From positions 64,030,354-64,094,353 of the forward strand of contig NC_068986.1 in assembly GCF_001194135.2 (NCBI RefSeq): a stretch of DNA of 64,000 nucleotides, written 5' to 3'. This stretch comes from Octopus bimaculoides. Taxonomy: Eukaryota. The translations under genes and the position numbers were made by a program. The notes under the pieces are model-generated. The model saw nothing but the letters and a program-made list of their open reading frames with translations, did not search any database and was not told the origin of the DNA. Below are positions 63,855 through 64,000 of this stretch, one piece after another. Every line of letters begins with the position of its first letter. Position 1 is the first letter of the stretch.

Positions 63855-63943
63855 ATAATGACCTATGATCATTTCAATGCAATATCCAGATTGATTCATG
63901 CATATTATAAAATATGGGATACTGCATCTCCTCAGGGCCTTAT
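63855..63943 (-). ncRNA. Type I hammerhead ribozyme motif (HHR-D), sense strand of an RTCB intron
   Basis: Minus strand: helix I ATAA-GGCC / GGTC-A-TTAT; CTGAGGA 63935-63929; 12-bp helix II GATGCAGTATCC/GGATATTGCATT (2 G-U); GAAA 63875-63872; helix III is the perfect palindrome ATGATCAT; AUA triplet ending 63864. Confidence 0.75.
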
Positions 63944-64000
63944 TAGTAGGCAGACAATAAAAATAGATAACATTCGTAGTTGACCATCTATTCTTATTGT

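Overview
AT-rich, gap-containing, repeat-dense animal genomic DNA. The SINE/LINE repertoire and microsatellite-flanked gaps look like an Octopus (coleoid cephalopod) scaffold; this is inferred from repeat style, not from a search. Three host genes are present: (1) a BTB/POZ KCTD-family gene on the minus strand (single coding exon 347-1069, probable non-coding upstream exons out to about 13.3 kb); (2) a complete 4-coding-exon MRPL2 on the plus strand (37411-45323, 292 aa); (3) the last six exons of RTCB (RNA 2',3'-cyclic phosphate/5'-OH ligase) on the minus strand (60768 down to 46382), convergent with MRPL2. The rest is decayed transposons (Penelope-like, Gypsy, Tx1/L1, CR1-like, RTE, pogo/Tigger, mariner DD34D, Tc1 DD34E, maT DD37D, Helitron ends, MITEs, SINEs). 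The most interesting signal is RNA-level. Manual scanning of both strands for CUGANGA...GAAA cores gave four well-formed type I hammerhead ribozyme motifs of unrelated flanking sequence (3940-4027 +, 21031-21144 -, 42801-42849 +, 63855-63943 -), plus one gap-truncated mirror copy and one degenerate copy. All four have a self-complementary helix III, typical of dimer-acting Penelope-associated hammerheads. Two lie in sense orientation inside host introns: one in MRPL2 intron 3, and one in an RTCB intron, i.e. in the pre-mRNA of the ligase that repairs exactly the ends a hammerhead makes. Activity and function are untested inferences.
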